Of a DNA stretch of 53,787 nt, positions 44,801-50,885 are shown one piece after another (within the stretch, counting starts at the first letter, position 1; the number at the start of each line of letters is the position of its first letter). The translations under genes were made by a program, and so were the position numbers. The stretch is taken from assembly GCA_964540825.1 (NCBI GenBank), contig CAZINT010000002.1, positions 194,993 to 248,779 of the forward strand. The letters are read 5' to 3'. Below the pieces are notes generated by a model. It was not told the DNA's origin. It worked only from the letters and a program-made list of their open reading frames with translations, and made no database searches. This DNA is from an uncultured Gammaproteobacteria bacterium. GTDB lineage: Bacteria; Patescibacteriota; Patescibacteriia; Magasanikbacterales; GWA2-37-8.

Positions 44801-46013
44801 CACAAGCTGGAGGACCCGCCTGCTTTTCACCCAGGTCAGCCTCGAGCTGACTGTTAAAACAATGATTAGGCTTGAGATTCAGGGCAACACTTTTGGTATC
44901 TTGTCCACCGCTCCAGTCAGTACCAAGCGCCTGAAGTGTATAGGCACCCGCATCAAGACCATTTGTTGGCCAGCTAAGTTCAACCGAACCAGTTTTCTGA
45001 CAACCGTTGATAGTTTTACTTCCCAGAGCTGTTTCACCTTGGTACAAAGAAACATTTTGTACCCCATTGTCATCAGTATACGAAACAGTAACAGGAAGTG
45101 TTGCCCCGGCCTGAAAGCTGGCGTTTGCCAAAGGTTGGGTGATAGTAATTTGAGGCGGCAAACGGTCAACACCCTCGCCAGTCGTAAAGGTAACCGGGCC
45201 ACAACCCCCTTTTATACTGCAGTTAAGACTTTGTGTACCATCAGCACTTTTGATGGCCGAAGGATTTTGAAAAGTAATGGTATAGGCAGTTTTAGCAAGG
45301 AGACAATCCTGACCGGTGCTTGGCGCACAATCACCCTGAGGCACAAAAAATACCACGGCCTTTTTGCTGCCATATTCCCATTTTCCTGAAACTGCTGCAC
45401 CGCCTGCTGCCGAGACGACTACATTCCCTGACAAGGTAGCTACATCAACTTCTTTGCTAAACACGATGGAAGGATGAACATTCCGAATACAAAGATTGCC
45501 ATTAGGCGGGAGACTCGAAACATAAAAAGCATTACCCGACGTATTAAAACCTGTTCCTCCGGAACCTGAAGTATCGGGGCAATTTGGTCCGGTACAGCTT
45601 TGACCACTGTCTACGCCAGTAGACGCCGAAACTAAACGACTAATTACAAAACTGGTAATGGCGTACGAAGATAGGATGATAAGAAGACCAATACCGCCAT
45701 TAACCAAGATTTTTTTAGCACTACCAACTTTTTCATCGTCGCCTCCAGCAGTCATGTACGAAAAGCCGCCGTACAAAACAATAAGTAAAGCAATAATTCC
45801 AAGGAGCCCGAGCACCGTCCGGATAATGCGCGCAACAACCAAACGAACATCGGTGGCCGCAAGACCGGTGGTTGCTGCAACATCCCCATTAAGACCAACG
45901 TCAAGTGCCGGTGTTGCGGCATTCACAACCCAGAGCGCCATGAGGGAGCCGAAAGTAACTACCAAAGTAAAACAAACTGTAAATAGTATTTTTTTGAGCG
46001 CCTGCCTTTGCAC
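35886..46013 (-). CDS. Giant (3375 aa) multidomain surface protein: VirB2/TrbC-like pilin N-terminus, Ig-like/IPT-TIG repeats, CGxG-type Cys-rich repeats, a pilin-head-like module and a LamG domain
   Basis: A single uninterrupted ORF with a GTG start. N-terminus: signal peptide, then TVLGLLGIIALLIVLYGGFSYMTAGGDDEKVGSAKKILVNGGIGLLIILSSYAITSFV. Four IPT/TIG-like units are present (e.g. ITGLSPNSGAPGTFVTISGKYLG). There are more than 10 repeats of the type CG(N/D)G.V..GE.CD. The LamG-like segment runs WWRFDD...LEAWIKL...WHHVAVTV...FYVDGKPL...LDEVKVYARVLTPAEV. Confidence 0.85.
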   Translation of the reverse strand: MQRQALKKILFTVCFTLVVTFGSLMALWVVNAATPALDVGLNGDVAATTGLAATDVRLVVARIIRTVLGLLGIIALLIVLYGGFSYMTAGGDDEKVGSAKKILVNGGIGLLIILSSYAITSFVISRLVSASTGVDSGQSCTGPNCPDTSGSGGTGFNTSGNAFYVSSLPPNGNLCIRNVHPSIVFSKEVDVATLSGNVVVSAAGGAAVSGKWEYGSKKAVVFFVPQGDCAPSTGQDCLLAKTAYTITFQNPSAIKSADGTQSLNCSIKGGCGPVTFTTGEGVDRLPPQITITQPLANASFQAGATLPVTVSYTDDNGVQNVSLYQGETALGSKTINGCQKTGSVELSWPTNGLDAGAYTLQALGTDWSGGQDTKSVALNLKPNHCFNSQLEADLGEKQAGPPACGGECGSCAGESCSVNADCGSGFCQVPAGGGAGVCVQRATITGLSPNSGAPGTFVTISGKYLGSSGHVYFAAVANPSITKEADWVEAKAVSCGGSSFGSWSSSQIIVEVPQSAVPGPVAVFSGSATLKTAATANTSLFDTTRDAWGPLVGDFTVNGEVHPSICALNPTRGKSGSAIAIIGKNFGLLSTTANQVTFGTTPAVTRPNDWVDALIKTTVPNLEQGDVVVKVTSNGQQSNGITFSVQEGASETAPFINALSTASGARGEYITISGRNFGSRLGAVWFKATPESEATLGGFDFPGSCQTAVWRDDQIIVKFPLDKGSVGTSYLVQVKTADDAVSPVDSNTTFALVAGTPNPGICKISPVSGNVPFAQGQVLTLSGEYFGAQPNIYFWKAAANAADMSSRALVAKTDIVSASNGSISLRPPTGAQTGPIVVVRGEDSKVSNPINFTVANCVQSNNTCPVAGYTCCSAGADAGSCKPAGELCSQGTRSSGYVWRFSSAAIPIVPRVVERCDAGTDQGKNLPSPSPSIQWDQSANGDSHNVCRTALATVELTAQLDQKTVTKDTVIVNKCSGVDDKNNCLNPVRVDLTSDSYSVKAAMTDNGGGAHTYLQLGPTNRSWEDNAWYQVALTTGIRSAGSASSTALALAADRPCQIAGSAYCYVFKTDTKNCALKAVVVTPYSYWTKVLEAPIKLRTTVGSATDLYYRGNGLSNQHCVMMDVSGFNWQWNSENTEYAAMYGSLNAPVSQVSALANTVAVGLANPDDAVSIVAVASTGTASYAGKSPLTIDLSDPSVVDYWPRCQEACTNAEVAVRFNTTMSLRNLPGTIQGGSVQLLKCTDENCLSTQSVVNLNDITLDPTSNYSVLKIANSLSGSQLLEPNTLYKVVVSTAPTDPAAATNQLWSAAKLNDPQTSSRPFNQEFTWRFKTKKEQCQVDRAVVNPPEFSGKSIAEKTVYTVQPYAAPDACSTQGQKINPWSVSWNWSSADTKVASVTSFSTRGSNPSCTPSCIRKGSDVPATQANLLPVCGNGKVEAGEDCDGPDSAKGCTLNCLFAGNTAATCGNGIVEQNLGEACDPKDPKTATGCSLSCRHLGSKTTVNASDTSASICGNGTVGSGEDCDTGIMKAVSNPLSQLSCSQACLHTGSRLSKAWCAANTLTRGGFSNTEFQAACGQSFSQCGDKVLTPDEDTGCDDPNTGWNSSACTQYCLKKTSTECVPGTEGCDANGRHTGSSLLYTAPSSCGDGTVGTGEDAVCETGLVITHSGLIDPWTLATGVGLGIPQGEPAAQRTLVKATTNQNNRSVSGSGVFSVACGYQTDLDCKRTFGSDYSVGQNTCCYRKPGLLSTYPANNAAAVCPNTYLEAVFDSKIDENTLTGNVLVARGSSAACAAGQQDVTDLIARTESHIALPWYKNVLVRVGAVLKNVFLGSDAAAVTTPVSNWCVGQDVGVAHVAPVAGAPTSTSRISIQINTPLAFMTDYAVILKEGVKDVNGVSIGKLATKNISWHFSTTDKICEISKVNVYPPEWSFSAANATTTLEASAYTSAGAKVQPITGFYDWQYRWGPQDNPYVSLQAGNGALNVITAQNRNGEIDLRAEANITTNKYTSATGGVATGSSHEIVFLCENPWPPKDIFVNNQGPYTIFPYQDTAGNNDGFDLTQNIFNNSTIPASSAVMDGYFNFGTYYCADNGASGTSDDLPYLRPTVQTSGTAISATGALKKFFFTNDKNADAIGIQVFANPKHLSPSDWYSLSKANGGQGFIGNTQRVTVDGYSAITDGNNIYVDALNYSAVTKNIYSTIYLFSINANADATTRKVFEQLLTNLKFNSNISNYGYCGTSSNNPGFEIQCQSDLDCNQGQVCSNSVDKLKRNYDRLHGLNAFQVALASYASAHDKKYPSMQEGSYLTGQTVSTWPSWATLGNTLGQSAPVDPINRLAAAGTCSVSTNKFCTVNADCGGTETCVLHDPITAWSTIDRRFSFACPPASYAYRYSAAAAGANYTVRAKFETTGLTIANQSMFMADFIDPTKFITDNASGICNQDQEIATLNTGVCGDGVVNTTRGEQCDPAGQTRYGACGAEQNGKIKVDVCDSSCRWKAADTAFVDCSFLSKCGNGVVEVGEKCDDGKLNGRYNHCTNKCTLPTKDDLGFCGDGVVEAKYEVCDIRAMMDNKPGLCVGGARTGQPCSVSGDCNVVNGVQTSYSGICKLITEAKIKYAQTKSASCNWDCQATGPYCGDGIVQSDWGEECDGASSACTLDDQSGKRACSASCKWTDPAAVAWWRFDDAAVKDAKVTFSDSAGINNGVCDSDKNECPAYTQNGKNNGAFVFADGNFITVPHYKAFDVANVTLEAWIKLTPGTNEGWKNILLKQNGLNAMESEKDYNFSYYNTDKILKLGFSSPGRFGKAEGVLPVGLAAGEWHHVAVTVGNSSVHAIRFYVDGKPLADGSVSMSDAGTLGMAADQNYPIYLGGNGGLDEVKVYARVLTPAEVASEAQSPWFCAAGGTVATTAAPGCGDGKVDAGEACDNGAANGLSCNPSYGKTCAYCSNDCKNIIDVQAKTYCGDGVVQGGSEACDMDANDPNKTVYVLNSSSSTDSTFNAAHGGYKFLSCTEQPQDDYTQKKQIAAPTCAATCSVATNNCVKCGVDYAKGVGIAGGLLNVLNPGGANPLLGDPGTVTSFMVGNVSYGALSGNKPSSLDVYIGLDTAPKKLVAHTAWPGESDKNYVLKDPAADATATGNQVKLNSYPLCSTGDPRYTLRINGDTTHRFDFPVFAAISPEQYDLVLSPVINNQIRPNDIRVVVSWVKDAGFYGGFTVPLAGKGKTEGATFAGKLSSGSTYYNAPRINGIGYHGFGSTPNSTNEEAFFVNTEARPYNGTTVYSEMNNDQYAFYVRTGGEGIAKYRNTAKLRVDVYFPENDTETNHFATPAMTFYMNSAAASDNSNASYWYVFNVKRAAVPNADPVSSRIIPVNKIVTESKFF
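38004..38666 (-). repeat. Cys-rich repeat cluster 2 (aa about 2450-2670)
   Basis: CGDGVVNTTRGEQCD, CGNGVVEVGEKCDDGKLNG, CGDGVVEAKYEVCD, CGDGIVQSDWGEECDG. Confidence 0.6.
41034..41726 (-). repeat. Cys-rich repeat cluster 1 (aa about 1430-1660), CGNG/CGDG...GE(D/A)CD type
   Basis: CGNGKVEAGEDCDG, CGNGIVEQNLGEACD, CGNGTVGSGEDCD, CGDKVLTPDEDTGCD, CGDGTVGTGEDAVCE. These resemble the Myxococcus-type cysteine-rich repeat as I remember it. Confidence 0.6.
43434..44693 (-). repeat. Four IPT/TIG-like domains within the giant protein (aa about 441-860)
   Basis: Recurrent I(T/C/N)(G/A/K)(L/I)(S/N)P..G..G..(V/I).I.G.(N/Y)(F/L)G motifs at aa 442, 565, 656 and 761. Confidence 0.6.
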
Positions 46014-46039
46014 AAAACTTTGATTTTAAATAAATAGAA

Positions 46040-48061
46040 CTACGGAGTTGCCTTTAAATATTGTATACACTGGGCCTGATTGGCAACATTTGGAACCACA
46101 ACACCGTTACAACAGAACGCTCCGCCGCTAACTGCGTCTACTGGACAGCAATTTTTTCCGTCTGCGCTGCAAAGGGATGATTCTTGCAAACGTTTATTTA
46201 CTTCGCTTGCTCCGCCTGGACCTTTCCCTGGAAAAAAACAATTATAGTGGACATCCTGAATCGCTGATGTCAGAACCGGGTAAAAATTAGCACCTTCTTT
46301 AGCTGGGAACGGGCAGTGGGTCAGCGTGGTAAGTGTCGTGTTATTTGCATTAAAATTCAATCGTGGTGTACGGCACAGCGGTTCACTATTAGGAAGCGAC
46401 TGCTGCAAATCAATACCGTACATCGGTTCGACTTGCATACGCTTGCTAAACAGCATGGTTACATCATCCTTGGGGGCTACAAACTCAGCATTTAATCCCG
46501 GCGTAACCTGTATAAGGTACGGAGCAGTATTATCAATCTCATCTTTAATGGTGAAAGCCCACGAATAGTTATCTGGTTTATTTTGATCAGTAAAAATTTC
46601 ACCTGTAGTAGGTGCTGCGTCAACTTTATTATTTTGGTTAGCATCAAGAGCATTACCCGAAACATCCATTGCCCCCGAGAAAGGAATTGATTCAAATGAC
46701 GATGCACTAAAGGTGCGGCCGGCTTTTACCAGCACGGAATAGGCGTCTTGTTTACAAGTTGGATCAGTAACTTTATCGCAAACCGGCAGACAATAGATGG
46801 CCTGACCACACGCATTACGACCACATTCTTTGGTAGAGGTAAATTCAAGCGTGCGGTATCCGTTTGTCAGGTTGAATGTTCCTACCGGAACACTGCTTTT
46901 ATTGCTTTTTAAGAAAATCGTATTGCCATCAAGCGCATAAGTGACTGCTCCGTCACGGAACGTACCCTGAATAGCCGTCGGATCCATGGCTTTGTTAAAA
47001 TCAATTTGAATAACACTATTCTTTGTCTCAACACTGCTATCTGCCGGAAAAACACTCTTTACAATTGGCGGCGTGGTATCAAGCTCAGTACTACACGTAA
47101 ACTCCCACTCATAATAATTTTTGCCGAGACTGCTTACTTGAAAAGCCGAAGGGTTATTATTAGCAGCATCATCGAGCAAAACAGCTGGACCCAAGTGAAC
47201 TTTGTAGGTAATTTTGTCCTGGCTTGAACCGAGATAGTCATAAGGCCTGATGACTATAGTATACGCTTTATCATTCTGGTACGTGGCGAGAACTGCCGCA
47301 CCTGTAATTGCTGCACCAGTATCGGCGCGGGTAATAGCAATATGATCAGCGTCCAGCGTGAGCGCGTCACAATCTGTTTTCCAATTCATGTTAACACCAA
47401 TATTAATGCAGTCGCCAAAAACCTCTTTACCAGCAGCGTCTTTGCTTTGATTGGTGTTTTTAACAAAACTATCGACTTTGATGGCTTTGCGGAACGTAAT
47501 AATGATTTTAGAATTTCGCGCTACACTTACCTGGTCGCGCGTTGGGTAATGATCTTTAATAATACCCCCAAGCGCTCCGCTGCCAGTAAAGTTTTGTGTA
47601 CCCGTGCCGTTTACCCCGCCAAGGTCTCCCCCGCCCGAACCCTGACCAACACCAATGGCGCGCAGGACAAAAGTAACAATAGCGTAAGCACTAAGAATAA
47701 TGATAAGACCGATAACCGCGTTGCGCAAAATAGTTTTAGCTTGAGCGACCTGTTCATCGTTGCCTCCGGCAGTCATGTACAAATAACCGCCGTACAAAAC
47801 AAGCCCGAGCAAAATAATTCCCAAAAGCCCCAGCGCAACCTTAATAATTGTAGCGATAATCTGGCGAATATCAGTTGCCGCAAGGCCGGATGGCTGCTGC
47901 ACAACTGCGATGCCCGTATCAATTGGCGCTTCAGGCTGAGCAGTAGTTTGGGCGAGCGCTGGAGTTAGTTTTAAAAACGAAAAAACTGCCACTAACAGTA
48001 CCCCCAGGACCGTGGCAGTTTTTCGAAGTGTCATGTTATTTTGTTTAATCCATTGAAGCAT
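46040..48061 (-). CDS. 673-aa surface protein with a VirB2/TrbC-like pilin N-terminus, Ig-like domains and a Cys-rich C-terminus
   Basis: The N-terminus is paralogous to that of the giant protein: GLAATDIRQIIATIIKVALGLLGIILLGLVLYGGYLYMTAGGNDEQVAQAKTILRNAVIGLIIILSAYAIVTFV. The start may instead be the M at codon 10. Confidence 0.75.
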   Translation of the reverse strand: MLQWIKQNNMTLRKTATVLGVLLVAVFSFLKLTPALAQTTAQPEAPIDTGIAVVQQPSGLAATDIRQIIATIIKVALGLLGIILLGLVLYGGYLYMTAGGNDEQVAQAKTILRNAVIGLIIILSAYAIVTFVLRAIGVGQGSGGGDLGGVNGTGTQNFTGSGALGGIIKDHYPTRDQVSVARNSKIIITFRKAIKVDSFVKNTNQSKDAAGKEVFGDCINIGVNMNWKTDCDALTLDADHIAITRADTGAAITGAAVLATYQNDKAYTIVIRPYDYLGSSQDKITYKVHLGPAVLLDDAANNNPSAFQVSSLGKNYYEWEFTCSTELDTTPPIVKSVFPADSSVETKNSVIQIDFNKAMDPTAIQGTFRDGAVTYALDGNTIFLKSNKSSVPVGTFNLTNGYRTLEFTSTKECGRNACGQAIYCLPVCDKVTDPTCKQDAYSVLVKAGRTFSASSFESIPFSGAMDVSGNALDANQNNKVDAAPTTGEIFTDQNKPDNYSWAFTIKDEIDNTAPYLIQVTPGLNAEFVAPKDDVTMLFSKRMQVEPMYGIDLQQSLPNSEPLCRTPRLNFNANNTTLTTLTHCPFPAKEGANFYPVLTSAIQDVHYNCFFPGKGPGGASEVNKRLQESSLCSADGKNCCPVDAVSGGAFCCNGVVVPNVANQAQCIQYLKATP

Positions 48062-48096
48062 GGGACAATGGAAAAAGGTATCCCCCTAAATAAAAT

Positions 48097-48339
48097 TTAC
48101 CGTTTGAAGTTTCTTCCAAGTTCTTCTGGAAGACGTCCAATTTTTTTGAGATATTCGATCTTACCGGCTACGCCCAATTTGTGCAGAGCACTCTTGCGAC
48201 GCATATTTTTACTTTTTCCGCCGTCGTAAAATTGAATCTTCTTGACCTGTAAAATTTTACCGGATTGCTGCCAACGTTTTTTAACGCGACGCATGAAGGC
48301 CTCAAAGGACTCGGTTTTCTTTCGTTTGATTTCGGCCAC
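48097..48339 (-). CDS. rpsU: 30S ribosomal protein S21
   Basis: The protein is basic: FEAFMRRVKKRWQQSGKILQVKKIQFY...KSKNMRRKSA. I place the start at the second GTG, 8 nt after aaGGGAGG. The ORF-track start overlaps the SD. Confidence 0.85.
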   Translation of the reverse strand: MAEIKRKKTESFEAFMRRVKKRWQQSGKILQVKKIQFYDGGKSKNMRRKSALHKLGVAGKIEYLKKIGRLPEELGRNFKR

Positions 48340-48443
48340 AAAGTTCACCTCCCTTTCTAAGGAGTTACGTAATTAATATGCATAGTATACCCCACCCAAG
48401 AATATGCGTCAACAGCCTATTTTAGGCCTTTTTTAGCCTTAAT

Positions 48444-49832
48444 TTAGACCAGCCCCAACTTCTTTTTGAGTGCCGGCTCAACTTTTTTCTGATCAACAAT
48501 TTCTTGCACACCCGATTCCATATCGCGGATGATAATTGTCTTGTCCTGAACTTCTTTTTGACCCAAGATCAAAACATAGGCAACACCCTGGCCATTGGCT
48601 GCTTCAAGCTGCGTTTTGAGCGATGTCTTAAAGAAGTTGTACGCGATACGAAGCCCGCTTCCTTTAAGTTCATTAATAATCTTGAGACCGCGACGTTTTG
48701 CTTCTTCACCAAGCTGGGCAAAAAAGACATGCGGCTTCTTCTCGGTAAACTTCGGTGATTGGTTTTGACCCTGTTGCTTGATAACTGAAATGGCGCGCTC
48801 AAGACCTAAAGCAAAACCAGCGGCTGGCGCAGGCTTTCCACCGAGCTCTTCAACCAAAAGGTCATAGCGTCCGCCAGCGCCGAGCGCACTTTGACTGCTG
48901 GCATTTTCGGCATCTGTCGCAAAAATTTCAAACACAGTGTGGGTGTAATAGTCGAGCCCGCGAACCAAAAACGGTGTCAAAACATAAGGAACACCGACTT
49001 CATCAAGATATTCTAATACCTTCATGAAATAATTTTTGGAGTCTTCGGTAAGCCAGTCGATAATCTGAGGCGCTTCTTCTTTGACCGGCTGGCACTGCTC
49101 TTCTTTACAGTCAAGAAGGCGGAGCGGGTTTTTGGTCAAACGCAGACGACAATCTTCACAAAGATAACTGCGTTTGGTGCGGTAATAATTAACAAGTTCA
49201 GTCTTATAGCGATTGCGCTCGTCGACCGTACCAATACTATTTACGCGCACTTCAACAGGGATTCCAAGGTCTTTATAAAAGTTATACGCAACCAAAATAA
49301 GTTCAGCATCAATTGCCGGATCTTTAACACCGATTGTTTCATAACCAAGCTGATTGAACTGGCGATAGCGTCCTTGCTGCGGACGATCGTGGCGGAACAT
49401 AGGACCCATGTACCAGAGCTTGATAGGCTGCGCTTGATTCCAGAGCCCGTTACTCGTGTACGCGCGGGCTACCGAAGCTGTTGCCTCAGGGCGAAGGGCG
49501 ACTTTAGTACCATCACGATCTTCAAAGACATACATTTCTTTATCAACCACATCTGTTCCCCGACCGATCGAACGCACAAAAAGACTTGCCTCTTCAAGAA
49601 TAGGCGTTTCAATACGACCAAATTGGAAGTACTCAGCCAATTCTTCAGCTTCGTGCTGGAAGGCTAACCAGTATTTTTCTTCTTTTGGAAGACTGTCATG
49701 CATACCCCGCACAACCGTAAAAGCTTTCTTATTTTTTTCACCAGCAGTGGCGACTGGAGCAGGAGCTTCTTTTTTAACGACAGGTCGTTTTTCAAACATT
49801 TTACCGGGTTTAGATTTTTTAACTTTTTGCAT
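48444..49832 (-). CDS. hisS: Histidine--tRNA ligase
   Basis: Class II motifs: VRGMHDSLP, ALRPEATASVARAY, GPMFRHDRPQQGRYRQFNQLGYE, GGRYD. It has a Lys-rich N-terminal extension of about 40 aa. I chose the ATG at 49832 over the TTG at 49859. Confidence 0.9.
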   Translation of the reverse strand: MQKVKKSKPGKMFEKRPVVKKEAPAPVATAGEKNKKAFTVVRGMHDSLPKEEKYWLAFQHEAEELAEYFQFGRIETPILEEASLFVRSIGRGTDVVDKEMYVFEDRDGTKVALRPEATASVARAYTSNGLWNQAQPIKLWYMGPMFRHDRPQQGRYRQFNQLGYETIGVKDPAIDAELILVAYNFYKDLGIPVEVRVNSIGTVDERNRYKTELVNYYRTKRSYLCEDCRLRLTKNPLRLLDCKEEQCQPVKEEAPQIIDWLTEDSKNYFMKVLEYLDEVGVPYVLTPFLVRGLDYYTHTVFEIFATDAENASSQSALGAGGRYDLLVEELGGKPAPAAGFALGLERAISVIKQQGQNQSPKFTEKKPHVFFAQLGEEAKRRGLKIINELKGSGLRIAYNFFKTSLKTQLEAANGQGVAYVLILGQKEVQDKTIIIRDMESGVQEIVDQKKVEPALKKKLGLV

Positions 49833-49859
49833 AGCACGTTCAATTAAGTGTTCGGTCAA

Positions 49860-50453
49860 CTAAAAATTAGTATAGGTAGGGGTGGTAAACGTCTGCACGC
49901 GATCAAATGGCCAGCCACGGAGCCAGGCCCGGCCGACCATGCTCGAGCGAGCAATTGGGCCAAACCGGCGTGAGTCGTAACTATTAGGACGGTTATCACC
50001 AAGGACAAAGTACTGGTCAGCATTTAAAACAATATTTTGTTCACCAGTAGTTGCCAGGTCTTTGGGCAGATATGTTTCGTTGAGCGTAATTCCTTCGGGG
50101 TGTGCTTCGTTATAAATTGTAACATGGCCTTCGGCAACCTTGACGCGTTCACCCGGTAGACCAATAATGCGCTTCAAAAAAAATTCTTTTTGATCCTCCG
50201 GCGGACGAAATACGATAACATCCCCTCGAACAGGATCATGCAAGCGATAACTAAGTTCATCAATAATCAGATATTCCTTTTCATAAAAGGTCGGCTCCAT
50301 GGAAGCTCCTTTGACGTAAAATGGCTTGAATAAAAAATAGCGCACCAGGAAAATGGTGATGCCAGCCAACGCGACGACCTTGACAAGCTCAAGAAAAAAA
50401 AGGCCCGCACTGGTAACAGCCGATGAAAAACGACTTTGTGGTTGGTCTGACAT
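49860..50453 (-). CDS. lepB: Signal peptidase I
   Basis: 197 aa from the internal ATG (MSDQPQ). It has a TM anchor, the catalytic GASMEPTF motif, and GDNRPNSYDSRRFG. Confidence 0.9.
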   Translation of the reverse strand: MSDQPQSRFSSAVTSAGLFFLELVKVVALAGITIFLVRYFLFKPFYVKGASMEPTFYEKEYLIIDELSYRLHDPVRGDVIVFRPPEDQKEFFLKRIIGLPGERVKVAEGHVTIYNEAHPEGITLNETYLPKDLATTGEQNIVLNADQYFVLGDNRPNSYDSRRFGPIARSSMVGRAWLRGWPFDRVQTFTTPTYTNF

Positions 50454-50530
50454 AGGCAGGAAAATAATAGTAGCAACCTTTACTCTACACTGTTTTTTGA
50501 TTTTTAGCAAACAACCTGGTCTTAAATAAA

Positions 50531-50554
50531 AAGACAGAAGCATGCTTCTGTCTT
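50531..50554 (-). terminator. Hairpin after the tRNA pair
   Basis: aagacagaagc-at-gcttctgtctt, with flanking A and T runs. Confidence 0.55.
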
Positions 50555-50560
50555 TTACTG

Positions 50561-50634
50561 TGGGCGTGCCTGGAATCGAACCGGGGACCTCGTCATTATC
50601 AGTGACGCGCTCTAACCATCTGAGCTACACGCCC
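50561..50634 (-). tRNA. tRNA-Ile(GAU): tRNA-Ile, anticodon GAU
   Basis: The reverse complement is gggcgtgtagctcagatggttagagcgcgtcactgataatgacgaggtccccggttcgattccaggcacgccca. The anticodon loop is ctgataa. Confidence 0.9.
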
Positions 50635-50648
50635 GTAAGTGGGCCACG

Positions 50649-50722
50649 TGGGCAATACAGGATTCGAACCTGTGACCTTTACAATGTCAATGTAACGCTC
50701 TAACCAACTGAGCTAATTGCCC
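50649..50722 (-). tRNA. tRNA-Val(GAC): tRNA-Val, anticodon GAC
   Basis: The reverse complement is gggcaattagctcagttggttagagcgttacattgacattgtaaaggtcacaggttcgaatcctgtattgccca. The anticodon loop is ttgacat. Confidence 0.9.
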
Positions 50723-50824
50723 AAAATTCTACCGTATTTTTTTAACAAAGGCAAGTATAGCAAATGGATTAAAAAAAGCAAGTGATTCTATCCGCTTGCT
50801 CTAAGGGGTTTGGTGGGGAGGACT

Positions 50825-50858
50825 GGACACCGGCAGCAGGGGTTTGCTGCCGGTGTCC
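50825..50858 (-). terminator. GC-rich hairpin 3' of the islet F1 gene
   Basis: ggacaccggcagc-aggggttt-gctgccggtgtcc, a 13-bp stem, 28 nt from the stop at 50886. Confidence 0.6.
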
Positions 50859-50885
50859 GAGGAGGAAAGGAGGGATGGGTGACGC

